A stretch of 64,000 bases of DNA from Octopus sinensis (lineage: Eukaryota), in NCBI RefSeq assembly GCF_006345805.1, contig NW_021833061.1:68289-132288 (forward strand), in the 5' to 3' direction. Position 1 is the stretch's first letter. Every line of letters starts with the position of its first letter. The notes below the pieces were generated by a model. It made no database searches, had not been told where the DNA came from, and worked only from the letters and a program-made list of their open reading frames with translations. Positions 21,976-35,000 of the stretch are shown in pieces. Both the position numbers and the translations under genes were made by a program.

Positions 21976-24900
21976 GAATATAATCTGTTGATAAGTTGTT
22001 GTGGTGTTGTGCATGTCCGTTCCTAATGATATGAGGAAATCGAATCCTAGGGGCCTTCCTGCGAAAAAGGATAAAAATAACATAACAAGTGCAGGAGTGT
22101 CGTCTCTGGGGCTGGATAACAGCACAAGGACTAGTATTCATGACAATCCAATTGCTGGGAATCCTACTATCCCAACTAACTTGCATTCCCTTTCGGCCAT
22201 TATCGATGATGCTATTTGTGTTTCTGAAGCTGAGTGGGTGTCTCAGATTGTTTATGCCACGAAGCAAAGAATTGGGAGGATACCAAGAGGTGGATGGAAC
22301 CTTATCCGTGAGAAGTTTAATTCAAATTCTCGAAGAGTGCAAGTCTCAGTCAACTCAAAGGAATGGTTAACCAATGAGAGTGGATAATAATTATGGAAGC
22401 AATTGCCATCAGAAGCAATTTCTTGAGAGCTCAGAAATTTCCACTTTTAGAAAGTGTCTAGAAGAGTTGAATATACAAATTAAGAATATTGAATCGATTC
22501 CAAGGGATTCACGTAAACCAACTCCAAAAATTCAAAATAAATATTTGAAAACTGATATATTGACAGGATTGAATTCGGCGATATATTATATTACGAAAGA
22601 TAATCATCCTAATGATATCAATAGCATTTCTGATATTCTATATGCTGCTCAATGTGCGTATTTATCTCTAACCATGAGAGACAAAGCACAGAGCACATGG
22701 GTAGAAAATATTGAAAAGAAAATTTCAAAATTATCTGCAGAATTGGAAATTGTTAATTCCCATTCCAATCAAACACTACCTCCATCTGAAAAGCAAAAGG
22801 TAATGGATGTTCTCTGTCGCTATGGGTATAAGAAAACTAAGAAAGGTGAGCTGTCGAGGATTCAGATATTATTGCAAGACCTGATTAGGATTAACAATAA
22901 GAAAATAGAAGTTCATAATTCAAGGAAGCAATTTCGTAAGGATAATCAGTGCTTTGAATTAAATCGAAAAAGATTCTATCGAGACTTAACAAAGAAAGAG
23001 GAAGTGACGCTGTATGGATTTGATGATGAAGAATGTGTCTCTTTTTGGCAAAAAGTCTGGAGCGAGAGAAATGAGAGGCCTCAATTTTATGACGTTGTTG
23101 GAAAACGAACTACTTGTGCTGAACATATGCTTCCAGAGTTTACGGAAGTTTTTTGGAAATGTTATTAAGTATCTTCCTGACTGGAAGGCATGTGGATGTG
23201 ATGGGATATATAACTTTTTCATTAAGAAGATGGAGTCATTACATGGATTTCTGTGTCACGAGATAACCCGAATAATTAATGGAGAGTACATGCCTGAAAG
23301 TTGGTTTTACACTGGAATAACATATTTGATTCCTAAAAAAGATGATTGTGAGACCCCGAAGGACTTACGTCCTATAACGTGTATGCCGACATTGTATAAA
23401 CTTGTCACCAAATGTGTTAATGTAAAACTGGCTGATTTTGTCGAGGCATTTGGCCTAATTTCAGACAACCAACTTGGAACGAGGAAGTATTGTCAAGGCG
23501 CCAAGGAGCAAGCTCTCATTAACCAATGTTTGAACAAGGAGTACGGGAATGGCCTTTATTCTGCTTGGGTCGATGTGAAAAAAGCATATGACTCAGTTGA
23601 TCATGATTTTTTGTTTCACGTTTTGGATTGTTCTGGAATCCCGCTTTGGATCGTAAACTTTGTGAAGAGCGTAGTTAAGAAGTGGGCAGTAAAGCTGCAT
23701 ATGGAAGGTAGAAGAATTGGATCAGTGAAGTTAAACCGAGGAATTTTACAGGGAGACTCATTGTCTCCTTTACTATTTGTTATGGTATTAGATCCTCTAA
23801 GCAGGATCCTTAATTCCGTGTTTCCAAAACTTGAAATTAACCAGGAAGATCCCAATATGTTAACATATTCTACTAATCATTTGCTATTTATTGACGATCT
23901 AAAAATATTGCTCTCAAACAAGACACTTTACTCAAAATGATGGAAGCTGTTAACGGATTTTTAAAATTGTTGGTTTGGAGATGAATTCAGAAAAATCAGC
24001 GTCTAATTTGGAATCATTATCATGTTGTAAGACTATTGACGGAATCAATGGATATCGGTATTTGGGTGTACTTGAAGATGGTGGAAGCAATGTTCTTAAG
24101 AATAGAGTTATGGACTCTATCTTTGAGAATGTTAAGAAGGATAACTATGCTATCGAAAACAAAACTCAACTCTGTGAATCTGTTTCGTGCTATAAATGAA
24201 TATGCATTGTCACTATATAATTATTATATTGGGCTAATCAATATTGAACCTTCTGAATTTGATGATATTGACAGACAAATACGGCAATTGCTTACGTCGC
24301 TCAGATTACATCTCAAACCTGCAAATAAGAGAGACTGTATTTAAACCGGAAGGCTCTTGGAAGAGGCTTTCATCAGTTACTTTCAAAAGTGAACTAATGC
24401 TCTTTCAGTTCCTTACGAGTCTGGAAAATATGTCAACTATATGCTTACGGAGGGCGGGGATTCTGCGTGTAATTAAAATGAATAAATGGCATTTGGCTAT
24501 GATCGCAGGATTTCTATCCTCCAAATATGCAATTATTGATAAGAAGAGTATTACTATGGAGTCTCTAAAGTTCCAGTCAGATACAATATTTACAAAAGAA
24601 AATTAGTTCTAAAGCACTACATTCTGTGCTTTTCAAATGTGTGGATGAACCTAATGTTGATTTACCTGCATCCTCAGAATGGCTATCTAATGGAAATAAT
24701 GGGCCACGAAGCGAAGCATTGTATTGTCTTTTGCAAGATCGAAACTTGTTCTTTGCATCCGCTGACTCATTATGCAATCATTGTAAGAAAAGCAAGAAAA
24801 CTGTTGACCACATGGCTACTCAGTGTGGTAAAATGCTCAACAGTGATTATCTCCGGAGACACAACGAAGTTGTGAAGTGTATTCACCTTAACTTGTGCCG

Positions 24901-25596
24901 AATGTATGGACTCAAAAAAGCAAGACGATTGAAGGGACATTCTGTTCAGTCAACACTGTCGACGGGAAAAGTTGAAATCAGGGTTGATTCTACAATCCTC
25001 ACCGAAACAAAAGTAGAATATAACAAGCCAGATATCTTTGTCCACGACAAAGTCAGAAACGAAATAAATCTAATTGAAGTGGGTATTACTTCACAGGATC
25101 GCCTCAAGCAAGTGGAGGTTGAAAAGTGTCACAAGTATGACCTATTGGCAAGTGAGCTTTCGCTTCTGTATAGCTGTCAAGTAAAAATAATTCCTGTGGT
25201 TATGACATGGGATGGAGTTGTCTCGAAATGCTTCAAAAATTATATGAAAGAAACTATCTATTGAAGCAGGAACGAGGACATACATCCAATCCGTTGTACT
25301 GAAAAGAACGCTCGAGAGTATGATGATCGAACACAGCACGGAATGAAGGTATCTGGTGAAGAATACGCTTCTCTGCTTCCAACCGGTATGTGGAGATGGC
25401 ATGCAAAAATGAAGACGACCCAATGAATGCTAAAGAAGATGCAATGGTTGAATCAGATGTGGTAGTGGGGAGTAAGAGGCAGCTGGAAGTAGACTCTTCT
25501 TCCAAGAGAAGGAGAGTGGATATCAGCGAGCTGGAGTGAGATCTGCTTAGTTTCTGATTAACTATTAATTATTGGTTTAAAAACGTTATATTGTTT
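21976..25596 (+). mobile_element. Full-length R4/Dong-like RLE non-LTR retrotransposon, copy 1 (several frameshifts)
   Basis: WKACGCDG, LRPITCMPTLYKL, GILQGDSLSPLLF, LLFIDD; CCHC (CNHCKKSKKTVDHMATQC); KPDIFVHD...IEVG endonuclease; TSD TAGTGTTAAT at 21966-21975 and 25597-25606. Confidence 0.92.
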
Positions 25597-25977
25597 TAGT
25601 GTTAATCCTTAATTTTATAAAATCTCTTAGATCAAAGATTTGTTTGATTTGGAATTGAAGCATGGATGAATGATCGTTTTCATGTGTGCCAGAATATGAA
25701 CGAAACAATCCAAGAAGAGATAATTGAATTGAAATATAATGAAGAATATATCACAATTTTAACAGGATGGTATTCTAATTTTGGCAATCAAAATCTACAA
25801 ATGAAATTTCCAAATTTTGGAAGGAAATGAGTAATGTACTATTGACATTCCCTACCGCTTATTTAGTTGAAAGTGGATTTAGTTTTGTCAATCATATACA
25901 CAATGTGAAAGAAATAGACTGAAAGTGTGTTATAGAGGCGATATACGCCTAAAGTTGAGCAGAATTAAACCCGACAT

Positions 25978-26401
25978 TTATTTATTTATTTATTAAACAC
26001 CAAGACCACAGTTAAGACCGAACTAATTAGCGTGTGATCCGACGCACTTCGACGGAGATCCTCCGGAAGGTTCAATCCTATGCAAAGTGCATCGTCCTGC
26101 GACGACGATGTCCCAGGGGGTAGGAGAGCTATTGGTCCTTTTTCGGTGAGCATTAGGTGCCCCCTCGGCGTTTCCAAATCCAGTCGAAATCTCCAAGTGA
26201 ATTTGGTGGACCACGTAACGCCTTTCTAAGGCCGGATAGGAAGGAGATCCTTTTTGACATCCGTGTCGTGCCAGATGTACTCGTCACCTCACGGGCAAGG
26301 AACTTCGACGAGATTAACCCCGACTCCAAAGTAGCCTCTTCTGGATTCGAACCCACGACGACTGAATTCCAGTATCCAGAGCATTCTCTTCAGCCAGAGG
26401 G
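25978..26401 (-). mobile_element. tRNA-derived SINE (about 425 bp)
   Basis: Head GGCCCTCTGGCTGAAGAG (A-box-like)...GGGTTCGAATCC (B box); (TAAA)n tail; TSD CCGACAT at 25971-25977 and 26402-26408; removing it restores the hAT frame KPDI-EYLASKHQ. Confidence 0.85.
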
Positions 26402-26638
26402 CCGACATAGAATATTTAGCGAGTAAACATCAATATCAAGGGTCTCGCTATAATTTTAATAAAATTTCAATTTTTTACATTTGATTTATTATTTATATTT
26501 TGATTTTTGAGTTATATACAAAAAACAACCAATTAAGGGACAATGCCCAAAAATTTTTAAATTGTATGTGGACAAGGGGGCGACAAAAATATCTAAGGGG
26601 GCGATGAACAAAAAAAGGTGAGAATGCCTGCTCTAATG

Positions 26639-27480
26639 TAACTACAAAATCTTTTCTCCTGGGCTTTTGAGTCCTTTGAGGTATTTAAGACGAGGACGTC
26701 GTCAGCGTATATGAGGAGGTTTTTCCAGGAGTTGGAGGTGAAAGAAACTGCTCATACAATTGTAAATAGAATTGGGTTGAGACAAGACCTCTGTGCCTCA
26801 CCCCTTTAAAGCTAGACGTTTATCGAGTAAAGGCCTGATTCAGACATGAAAAAACGGTTTGAAAGAAAACAACTCAGCCAGAGAGGCCTTTTCTGTTGGC
26901 TCACACTCTTAAACTCTCTCTAACAGGTTTGATGCCACACGCTTCAAAAGCCTTTGAGATATCTAGGCATATGAGAGGTAGAGTTTCTTTAAACTTCATT
27001 GCTCTCGCAACATAGACTGAAACGTCAGGAGCATTCACTGCAGCTCCGTCCAGCATGAAAACCCCATTGCTTTAGAAGCAGCACATTTTTGATTTTGGAA
27101 AGGAATCAAAGCGCTTGGCCATAGTTTTTTCAATCCTTGAGATAATTGATAATTGGGATTAGATTTATAAGACGGAGCTGCTAGGCAGGCTCTTGACCAA
27201 TCGGATCTTGGAAATTTTCCAAGATATGGCACGTGACTTAATCGCAACTCACGATCGGGTTGGTGCCCCCTGATAACAATAGACAGGCCAGTAGTTCTGA
27301 CTCGCAACTTTGCGAGGTATCTAGACAAGGCCTTCTATGTTTTGGCCAAGTAATTTGCGAATATGTTGAGAATCCCTCCGGCGAAGCAGGCATGCAGGAT
27401 TGGTTGCACATTTTAATTTTTTTCGATGGGTTTTATATATGTGACTGCTTACTTTTCGTCGGCAACTTTGAATTTTTGTT
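26639..27480 (-). pseudogene. Old CR1/L2-like LINE RT core (5' half of the LINE split by the hAT)
   Basis: GKFPRSDWSRA; CLDISKAF; GVRQRSCLNPILF; LLIYADDVLV. Confidence 0.78.
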
Positions 27481-27851
27481 AATAGTTATCTGACTAGGGT
27501 TTAACGTTTTTTACATCTCGCAAGTTTTGAATTCGTGCATTTTGTCTTTAGTTTATGTAAAAAAGTACAGATACAATAGAGCTAATTTTTCCGAAAAACT
27601 AAACAAGTCATTCAGAGACAAATCTATTATGGATGATCATTTCTGGACATGAAACGTTTGAATAAAGAAATTCTAAATATTGTCGAATTATGCTAACGTT
27701 CAATAAGTGAATATTTAACTGTCTCTTTGACTATATCAAGTAAGGTTTCAGATAAGAAATTTATAATCATACCTTTTAATAATTGTTATCTAAGTGTATG
27801 ATTACTAAGATTAAAATTCCGAATTGATCGAAATTGATTAAATAAATTTTA

Positions 27852-29839
27852 CAGTACGACCCCGTTTGGGGCAGCATTTTTATCATAGTGCCCAAAAAGC
27901 GGGGGGCCCCAAAATGCGAGGGTAAAAGATTTTTTGCTTTTTATTTTCTCCTCAATAGATTTTTTATTGCATTTTAGACTATAAATTAAAATTATTTAAT
28001 ATTAATAAAAATTCTAACATAGTCCTTTCTTAATAAAATTTAAAAATTTTAATAAATCCAACAAAAAATACTATTAAAAGTAATCAGTAATTTTCTCACC
28101 GAATTGGTTTTTTTTCAGTTTCTCCTGATAGGTTTTTTTCTATTCGTAGTAGATTTTCAAAATTGTGGACATGTACTGAAATATTATCTTCTAGAGAATT
28201 CACGATGTTTATGATTTCTTTAATTGATGATTTTTTAGATTCATATCCATCATAAGTAATTTTGTCCTCAATAATATCTGTCGATCCATTGAAATAACAT
28301 CTGAAATCACGTCATCTATTATTCTTCGTCCAATGTACATTATCCGAAATTTTTGATCTGTTTTCATTTATTTTCTGCCAGCAATTAATTATCGTTGTCT
28401 CTGACATCATTTTCCATGCCTCCCCGACAACTGTAATGACTTGTCTAAGATTGACATTATTCAAATTCAATCAGAAAGCTGTTCTTTTTCAAATATAAGA
28501 GTAAAATCAATCAGTTTATTGAAATAGAGGGACTTGAAGGATTTTATTATTCCCATATCTAGGGTTGAATTAAAGCGGTCGTATTTTTGGGAAGAAAAGT
28601 AAATAAACATTGGAATATTCTGTATTTCTGTGACAGCTCGCATTATCCAGTATTAAGACAATTTTTCTCTTTTCATTGATCATATCTTGATTTACTTTCC
28701 ATAACCATTTCCCAAAAAATATCACTAGTCATCCACGATTTTTTGATGCAGCATTAGTACTCCGTGATCCTCAGCGTTAAAATTTTTTAAACACCTAGGA
28801 GATTTGAATTTTCCAATTAATAGAGGTTTTAACTTTTCACCAAGTGCATTACAACAAAGGAGAAGGGTAACTTTCTCTTTGCTCATTTTAATTCCATTGC
28901 ATTTGTCATTAATTGAACAAAAGATTTCGACGGCGTTCGCTTTATGTATAAAGCTGTTTCATCACAGTTAAAAATATTTTCACTCCTACAGTTTCCAAAC
29001 AGTTGTCATAATCAGCAAAAAATTGGAAACCGTAGAAAGGTCAGATGAATTCTTTTCTCCACTTATAGTTTTAAATAGCAACTCGTGTCTTTTTCTTGAA
29101 CCGGTCTAGCCATCCATTTGATGCCTTAATGATTCATAATTTATCTTTTTAGATAATTTTTTTGCAATCAGTTTTAAGATAGTTCCAGAAATTGGAAGAA
29201 ATTCATCTCTCAGACGTAGAAAAGTTTCAAAAACTATCTATCTAATTCATTATTTGGATCATGTGATTCCTTGATTCTATCGGATTCAGTTAATCCGCGT
29301 CAAAATAATAACAAATTTTGTTTAATGCGAGAAATAGTACCTGTAATAATAATTAGTTAAAAAAGATACCTTTGCTCGTTTTATACTTTTTAGCAAGATC
29401 TCTTTCTGAAAATGACCATGTTTTATATCTTTAGCGATTTTAATTTTGTTTCATAATTAATCTTGAATTCTTTTTACGAACCATACTTTTTTTTTTTTTT
29501 TTTTGAAAACAAAAAAAAACTAGCTATTATGACTGGCTCGCGGAATTGAAAGACATTCCCGCGTAAAACAGCCAGCGAGATCCTCTGAATGAGGAATATA
29601 AATTCGAACCATACTAAAGTCAAAATAAACACGTGAAATAATAGTATTAATTAATAATTAATAAATAAAACTAACATTTTGGTATTAAATAAATTAAATA
29701 AGTGCCCCAAACCGGGGTCATCAAAAATAAATAATAGAAGAAAAATTTACTGTTTTCAAAAACTGCCCCTAAAAGCGGGGTGCCCCAAACCCGAGGGTGC
29801 CCCACCCATGGGTCTGCCCTGCCCAAACCGGGTCGTACG
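27852..29839 (-). mobile_element. pogo/Tigger (CENP-B-like) DNA transposon, decayed
   Basis: TA|CAGTACGACCCCGTTTGGGGCAG...CCCAAACCGGGTCGTACG|TA. Transposase remnants FNCDETAL, SKEKVTLLLCCNALGEKLKPLLIGKFKSPRC, GWMTSDIF, LILDNASCH. Confidence 0.88.
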
Positions 29840-30049
29840 TATCTCTTTTTGATTTTAGCAACTTTAACTATTTAATGATTTTTGGGCCCTAGTAGCAATT
29901 TGAAACAACTTCCATTTTTCACGGCCTTCGTTACCTTCATAAAACTATTCTAAAAATTAAAAAGTATTTTATCACATTTTAAAAGTTTTATCTTTGATAA
30001 TTTATCATTAGACACATAAATTTAACGGTACATTATTTTGGTATATGAT

Positions 30050-31090
30050 ATGAAACCCGATAACCACAGTACATTAATTTTTTATAGTTGCACAATAATG
30101 GAAAATGTGTTATTTGTGAAGATTATGTAAGGGGTCAATTTTACGGTGTGCCCTGCTGCACCGGATGCAAACTATTTTTCAGGCAATGTAACAAAATTTT
30201 AAGAAGATCGATTCTCAAAAAATCTGAATTTGTTTGCAAATTCAGCCAAAACTGTAATAAACTTTGCAACTAAAAGCAAATGCAATTCTGCAGATTTAAG
30301 AAATGCAGTCTCGCTGGAATGGATGCTAATGGTGACCAAAAATATTTTTAAAGTTTTCAGCTATTCAAAATTCTCGTGACGAAATATTTCCGGAAATTTC
30401 AATTCCAGAAGAAATTGTCAGATTCGAACAAGATTTTTTTCAATTATTTATTATATATTAACAATTTTAAGTTTTTTTCAATTTTGAATGCTTTTCTTGT
30501 TTTCTGAAAGATATTTGCCAAAATCCGCCGAATCAAACTTTTTTATTGGATTTGACTAAAAACTGGATTGTGATTTTTCTTAGAAACGAAAATGTTCATT
30601 TTGTGAAATGTATTTGGTTAGTATATCTAATCAAATAGATTATTGCAAAATAGCTGAGAATTATTTTTATTTATTCATTAGTATTTGCTGTTTTCCACAA
30701 ATGATATCAAGTTTAAACGAGATCCACAACATTGACCACGTCTCAAACAATATTTTTTTAAGAACTGTCGAGAACTTTTCTAAGCTTTCTAAAGACTTTG
30801 GAATTTAAAAATGAAATCAACAGATTTTTTTTACATCAAGATAATTTCATTTCTTAAATTTTGTAGCTGTATTGATTTATCTGCTTAAGGTTATGTCGAT
30901 CAAAAAGATTGTCCTCAATTGTTGAATAAATATTTGTATCTATTTGAAACAAACTGTCATTCACAGAACTTGATGTATCGCAGTTTATAATCTTTTTACC
31001 GGATTACCAAAAAACTGCTATTTGCTTTCAAGACCTCTTAGAATCGCAAATTGAATTACTTTTAACGATTATTTTGATAAATAATGACGT
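30050..31090 (+). pseudogene. Divergent nuclear hormone receptor (C4 zinc-finger DBD with NR2/HNF4-like D- and T-box); frameshifted as assembled
   Basis: CVICED...FYGVPCCTGCKLFFR(|)RSI...CKFSQNC.INFATKSKCNSCRFKKCSLAGMDAN|AIQNSRDEI needs at least two 1-nt corrections; LBD not recognisable; end approximate. Confidence 0.75.
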
Positions 31091-31355
31091 TTATTTATTA
31101 TATATTCTAGGGATTTATTTTTTTAAATCAAATTTCATTTCAATATTAGTCGAATGCGTATTCTCAACATATTTCATACTCTTAAAACCAAACTTTTCAA
31201 ATTTTTAATATAAATCTAGAATTTTGGATAACGTCCGAATCGTCATTTTCCAATGTTATGAACTCCCAGATTTTTAAAGACATTTTTTAAACTTTTCCCC
31301 CCAATTTGCTTTTCACTGCGTTGACTTTGCGAAAAACAAAGGAACAAAATGTCTA

Positions 31356-31925
31356 CACCTTTTTGGTATCGAATATCCGAACTATGATGTCAAATATCCG
31401 AACCGAGATGTCAAACGTGTAGTTTCGTCCATATAAATTATATTTTTGTCATTAATAAATTAAATTTCAGTTTCATTACGTAGTCTCGCACAAATTTCGC
31501 TTAAAGTGATGACAGGATTTTCCTCAGCATAGTTTATCATTCTCGATATTTCAATGTCTGGGATTTTTGACCATTTAAATCCTCCACGTTTTTTATTAGG
31601 TTGTGAAGCATTTCGTATCCATTTATAAGCTGTATTTCGCTTAACTCCATTCAATTCCGCCACAATATGCCAATCTGCATCTTCATTTTCATAAGCAGAT
31701 ACAATTCTCATTTTGGATTCCAAATTTGTTTTATTATATGTTTTACTAACACGAGAAGAAGTATTCATAGTTTTAACAAAAGTATTCATTTCGAACGAAC
31801 AAAAATCCATTTATATTTTTTAGATACGTAATTTGACATTAACATATTTGACATCTCAGTTCGGATATTAGAAACCACAGTAATGACGTTTTGACATCTC
31901 GTTCGGATATTTGATACCAAAGGTT
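31356..31925 (-). mobile_element. Non-autonomous IS630/Tc1-like element retaining the HTH coding region
   Basis: TA-flanked TIRs with internal repeats (TGGTATC.AATATCCGAAC..GATGTCAAA); ORF 31460-31810 RIVSAYEN...VAELNGVKRNTAYKWI...YAEENPVITLSEI. Confidence 0.8.
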
Positions 31926-32089
31926 TAAGATTTTATTTTCCGATTTTATTTTCCATAAATCAGCTTCAAATTGTGTTTGCGAGAAATAAACCGCAAAAAC
32001 ATCTAGCGTTTTATAAAAAAACCCATCTGGAATAAAACTGCAATTAGTAAAAGTAGTAAAAATAATATATAAAATCAAATAAAGATCTT

Positions 32090-35000
32090 TCATTCCAGTA
32101 GAACAAAAAACAGCCCATGCATCGCCAGTTCAATAAAAATGAGGGCAGCCAGTTTCTTCAAACTGGGTACCATTAACTTTGTCTGGGTGCACAATCAATG
32201 CAGCTCGTGTAATACCTTTTTACATCGTCTCCCAATAGAAGCTGTCCCATCGAAACTAGATTCCAAGGAGCACCTTCCCATAGAACTGTATGCAACGAAC
32301 TTAATAAAAACGAATGTTCTTTCCCTTTCCTTGGACCATTGAGAGACCTAGCGAATATATATAATCTCATACAGTTTTTTCAGCACAACTAAGCAGCCTC
32401 GTCACTACGTTCTTTGAGTTCACGCATCGTTTTTTGGGGCGCCAGTAGACCCGTCAGTACTATAAATATTCCCAAGATCTAAAATCCACAAAAAAGTCAC
32501 CACTTGAAGGGATATCCCGTTCATTACCCTTCGGTATGGTTTCAGTAGGTATATCCTCCCTTTTATTACGAATATCAGGACGTTGGGGAGGCTTAGGATT
32601 AACGTTAGGAAGTTGTTCAGTTTTGGAATGGAAATATGGCATGTTCAAGTCAACAAAATGTGAATTTTTATCGTCACTTTCATCAAAATCTATTAGGAAG
32701 CTGGCATTGTTATTTTTGGACAGCTTAGGAGTTTGATGAGTCGAATCGGCTGAGAAAAAGTCGCTTAATAGGTCATTATCGGCCACTTTTTCTAGAAAAT
32801 GATAGGACACAGAATAAACCTGATTGATGAGCAAAAGAAAGATCAAAAAGTACATCAGATGTGGGTTGGTTTTCGGATTGAATTGGTGTCTTCGTTGATG
32901 GTCTTTCAGGTGGAATGCCACTGATGAGATTCGATGCAAATTCGGATGGAATTGGTGTCTTCGTTGATGGTCTCTCAGGTGGAATGCCACTGATGAGATT
33001 CGATGCAAATTCGGATATTTCTATAGTAATTTGACAGGAAATACTAAATCGTTGGGAAATGGTGACAATTTCATTCATGGAAGTGGTAAGGGCAGCAGGG
33101 AAAAGAGAAGCTACTGACAAGTCCCCCCATCGTTCGTCGATAAAAGCAAGTCCTACATCGACAGGAGTCATATTGAAAATAATCTCACAGTCGTAATCAC
33201 CTTTGTTAACATCGAACTTAGTCCTAAAAATAAGAAACCAAGACTGCCTGTTAAAATGATGGAATGTTTTGTCCCCATTGAGTTGGCAAGTGCTGAATGA
33301 AAGAGACAAAACAAGATTCATCTACGACAATAAAATACTTCCAAGCACATTTCGCTGAGATATTTCGAACAACTGAAGTGTTATATTTCCTCGGATTGAT
33401 ATACGAGGACAAAAATCCTGAAGAGGAACATATGAATCATTCCCAGGGACGGCTTGTCTGTCATTAACAAACAGTCGGCCATAGAACCCTTCTCTACAAA
33501 TAGGCGATAGTAGCACCTTGCATTCTTAACTATAACCTGGGAAAGATGCCAGTCAGAGTAGACACTTAGAACTGGAGCATCCCGAATTATCATTTGAGTG
33601 TAATTTAATAGTCTGACGTAATTAAACAATGATACGCAGTTTCCAATGCATTCATAGAAACCAATCCCTTCTTGTGGGATACATATTTGTCCGACACTTC
33701 CAAACTGTCAAATAGACGACCAAACAGCAATAGACCACACAAGAAAAAATGAGCAGAAGAGTCGTCAATCTACAATTAACAAAAAATATGACTTTTGCAC
33801 ACACAACACATATGGCAGTTGGGGAAGATGCCATACGTTTGTAGACATACGAAAGAACGTTGAGAGTGCTGTGAAGTGACTCCCCAGTACGTTGATACCA
33901 GACGACCTCGGCCAACTACAAATAATTGAACCCTCCGACATTTGTCAATTTATGTGCTGTTTTGGGAAAAACCACAAATATGACATCCCCGTTTTTCTTA
34001 AGCTGTCTTACAATCTCTTCACTCTGATGCAACGCCTGCTTATTCATTTCACGGGGCGATAGTGCTATCTTGGGTTAAAAACGGAATACAAATCAGTCTC
34101 GAGGTAATAAATTTCTTTTCTAATGAGTGTTGATCTGCAAAATAATTCTCAACAACGGGTCTCTCTAATGGAGGAGAGGCACAAGTGAGAAAAGAGGGGG
34201 GTCTTGTGAGGTCGATCTTTAATTGGTTAAAGTGGGACCAGATCTGTTGAATAGAAAACCGACGTTGTGGGTCAGGCACAAGAATGCATTCTAAGTTGAG
34301 AAAAACAAGTACCAATAAGTCTTGAAAACGGAGATGCATGAGGAAAATTATACGAGGCCTGAACAATGGCAAGTATAGACTGGTCTGCAAAGGGATGTTG
34401 ACCAAAGCAGAGGCAGTAGAGAATACAACCGACCGCCTGGATACAAAGATATGAATACAAACCCAAATGTCCTGTTCGACTCCAAGAGTGTGCCTCATGT
34501 AAAGATCTACCATTTCAGGTGCCCGATATGCCTGAGTGGTACAATTTTTGATCTGCGGGTAATGATTGGCATGTACCTCTTCCTCAAGACGCGTGATCTG
34601 GTCGACTGACCAATCACTGACAACATATATTTCGTTCGTCGCACTCCCAAAATCACACAATTTAATTTCCCCATCAGCAGAGATTAGAAAGTTCTCCATC
34701 TGCACATGTCATAAAACGATACCTTCAAATCTCTGTGAATGACGGGGGGAGATGCTGAATGGAGTGCGTCTACTGCACGGAGAACACGAACAAAAATATA
34801 TCCAATCTCTTCGAGAGTGAGATTTGCATGGGCATTGAGAGCAGCCAAGAGCGTGCCCCCTAAAATAAGCGAGCGACGAATTGATACCCGTGCATAATTC
34901 AGTGACGATAAATGCATGTGTCAAACCACTATTAACCTTCATCTGAGTAGAACCAATAAAGCGCACAATATTACGGGACGATTGGAATTTGCTCTAAAAA

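Larger units (their letters stand above)
14145..26630 (+). mobile_element. Non-autonomous hAT (Buster) element, about 0.77 kb of its own sequence expanded to 12,486 bp by nested insertions
   Basis: TIRs CAGGTGTTCTCAACC and (reverse complement) CAGGCATTCTCACC. 8-bp TSD CTCTAATG at 14137-14144 and 26631-26638, with central TA. Transposase C-terminus at about 25640-26445 (FPTAYLVESGFS; RGDIRLKLSRIKPDI|EYLASKHQYQGS). Confidence 0.92.

Noticed and set aside
26330-26401. tRNA gene
   Set aside because: A/B boxes are present but I could not fold a cloverleaf, and it is fused to a 350-bp body with a tail and TSD, so it is a SINE head.
29505-29525. T-run and A-run hairpin resembling a Rho-independent terminator
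   Set aside because: Eukaryotic DNA; simple homopolymers inside the pogo element.
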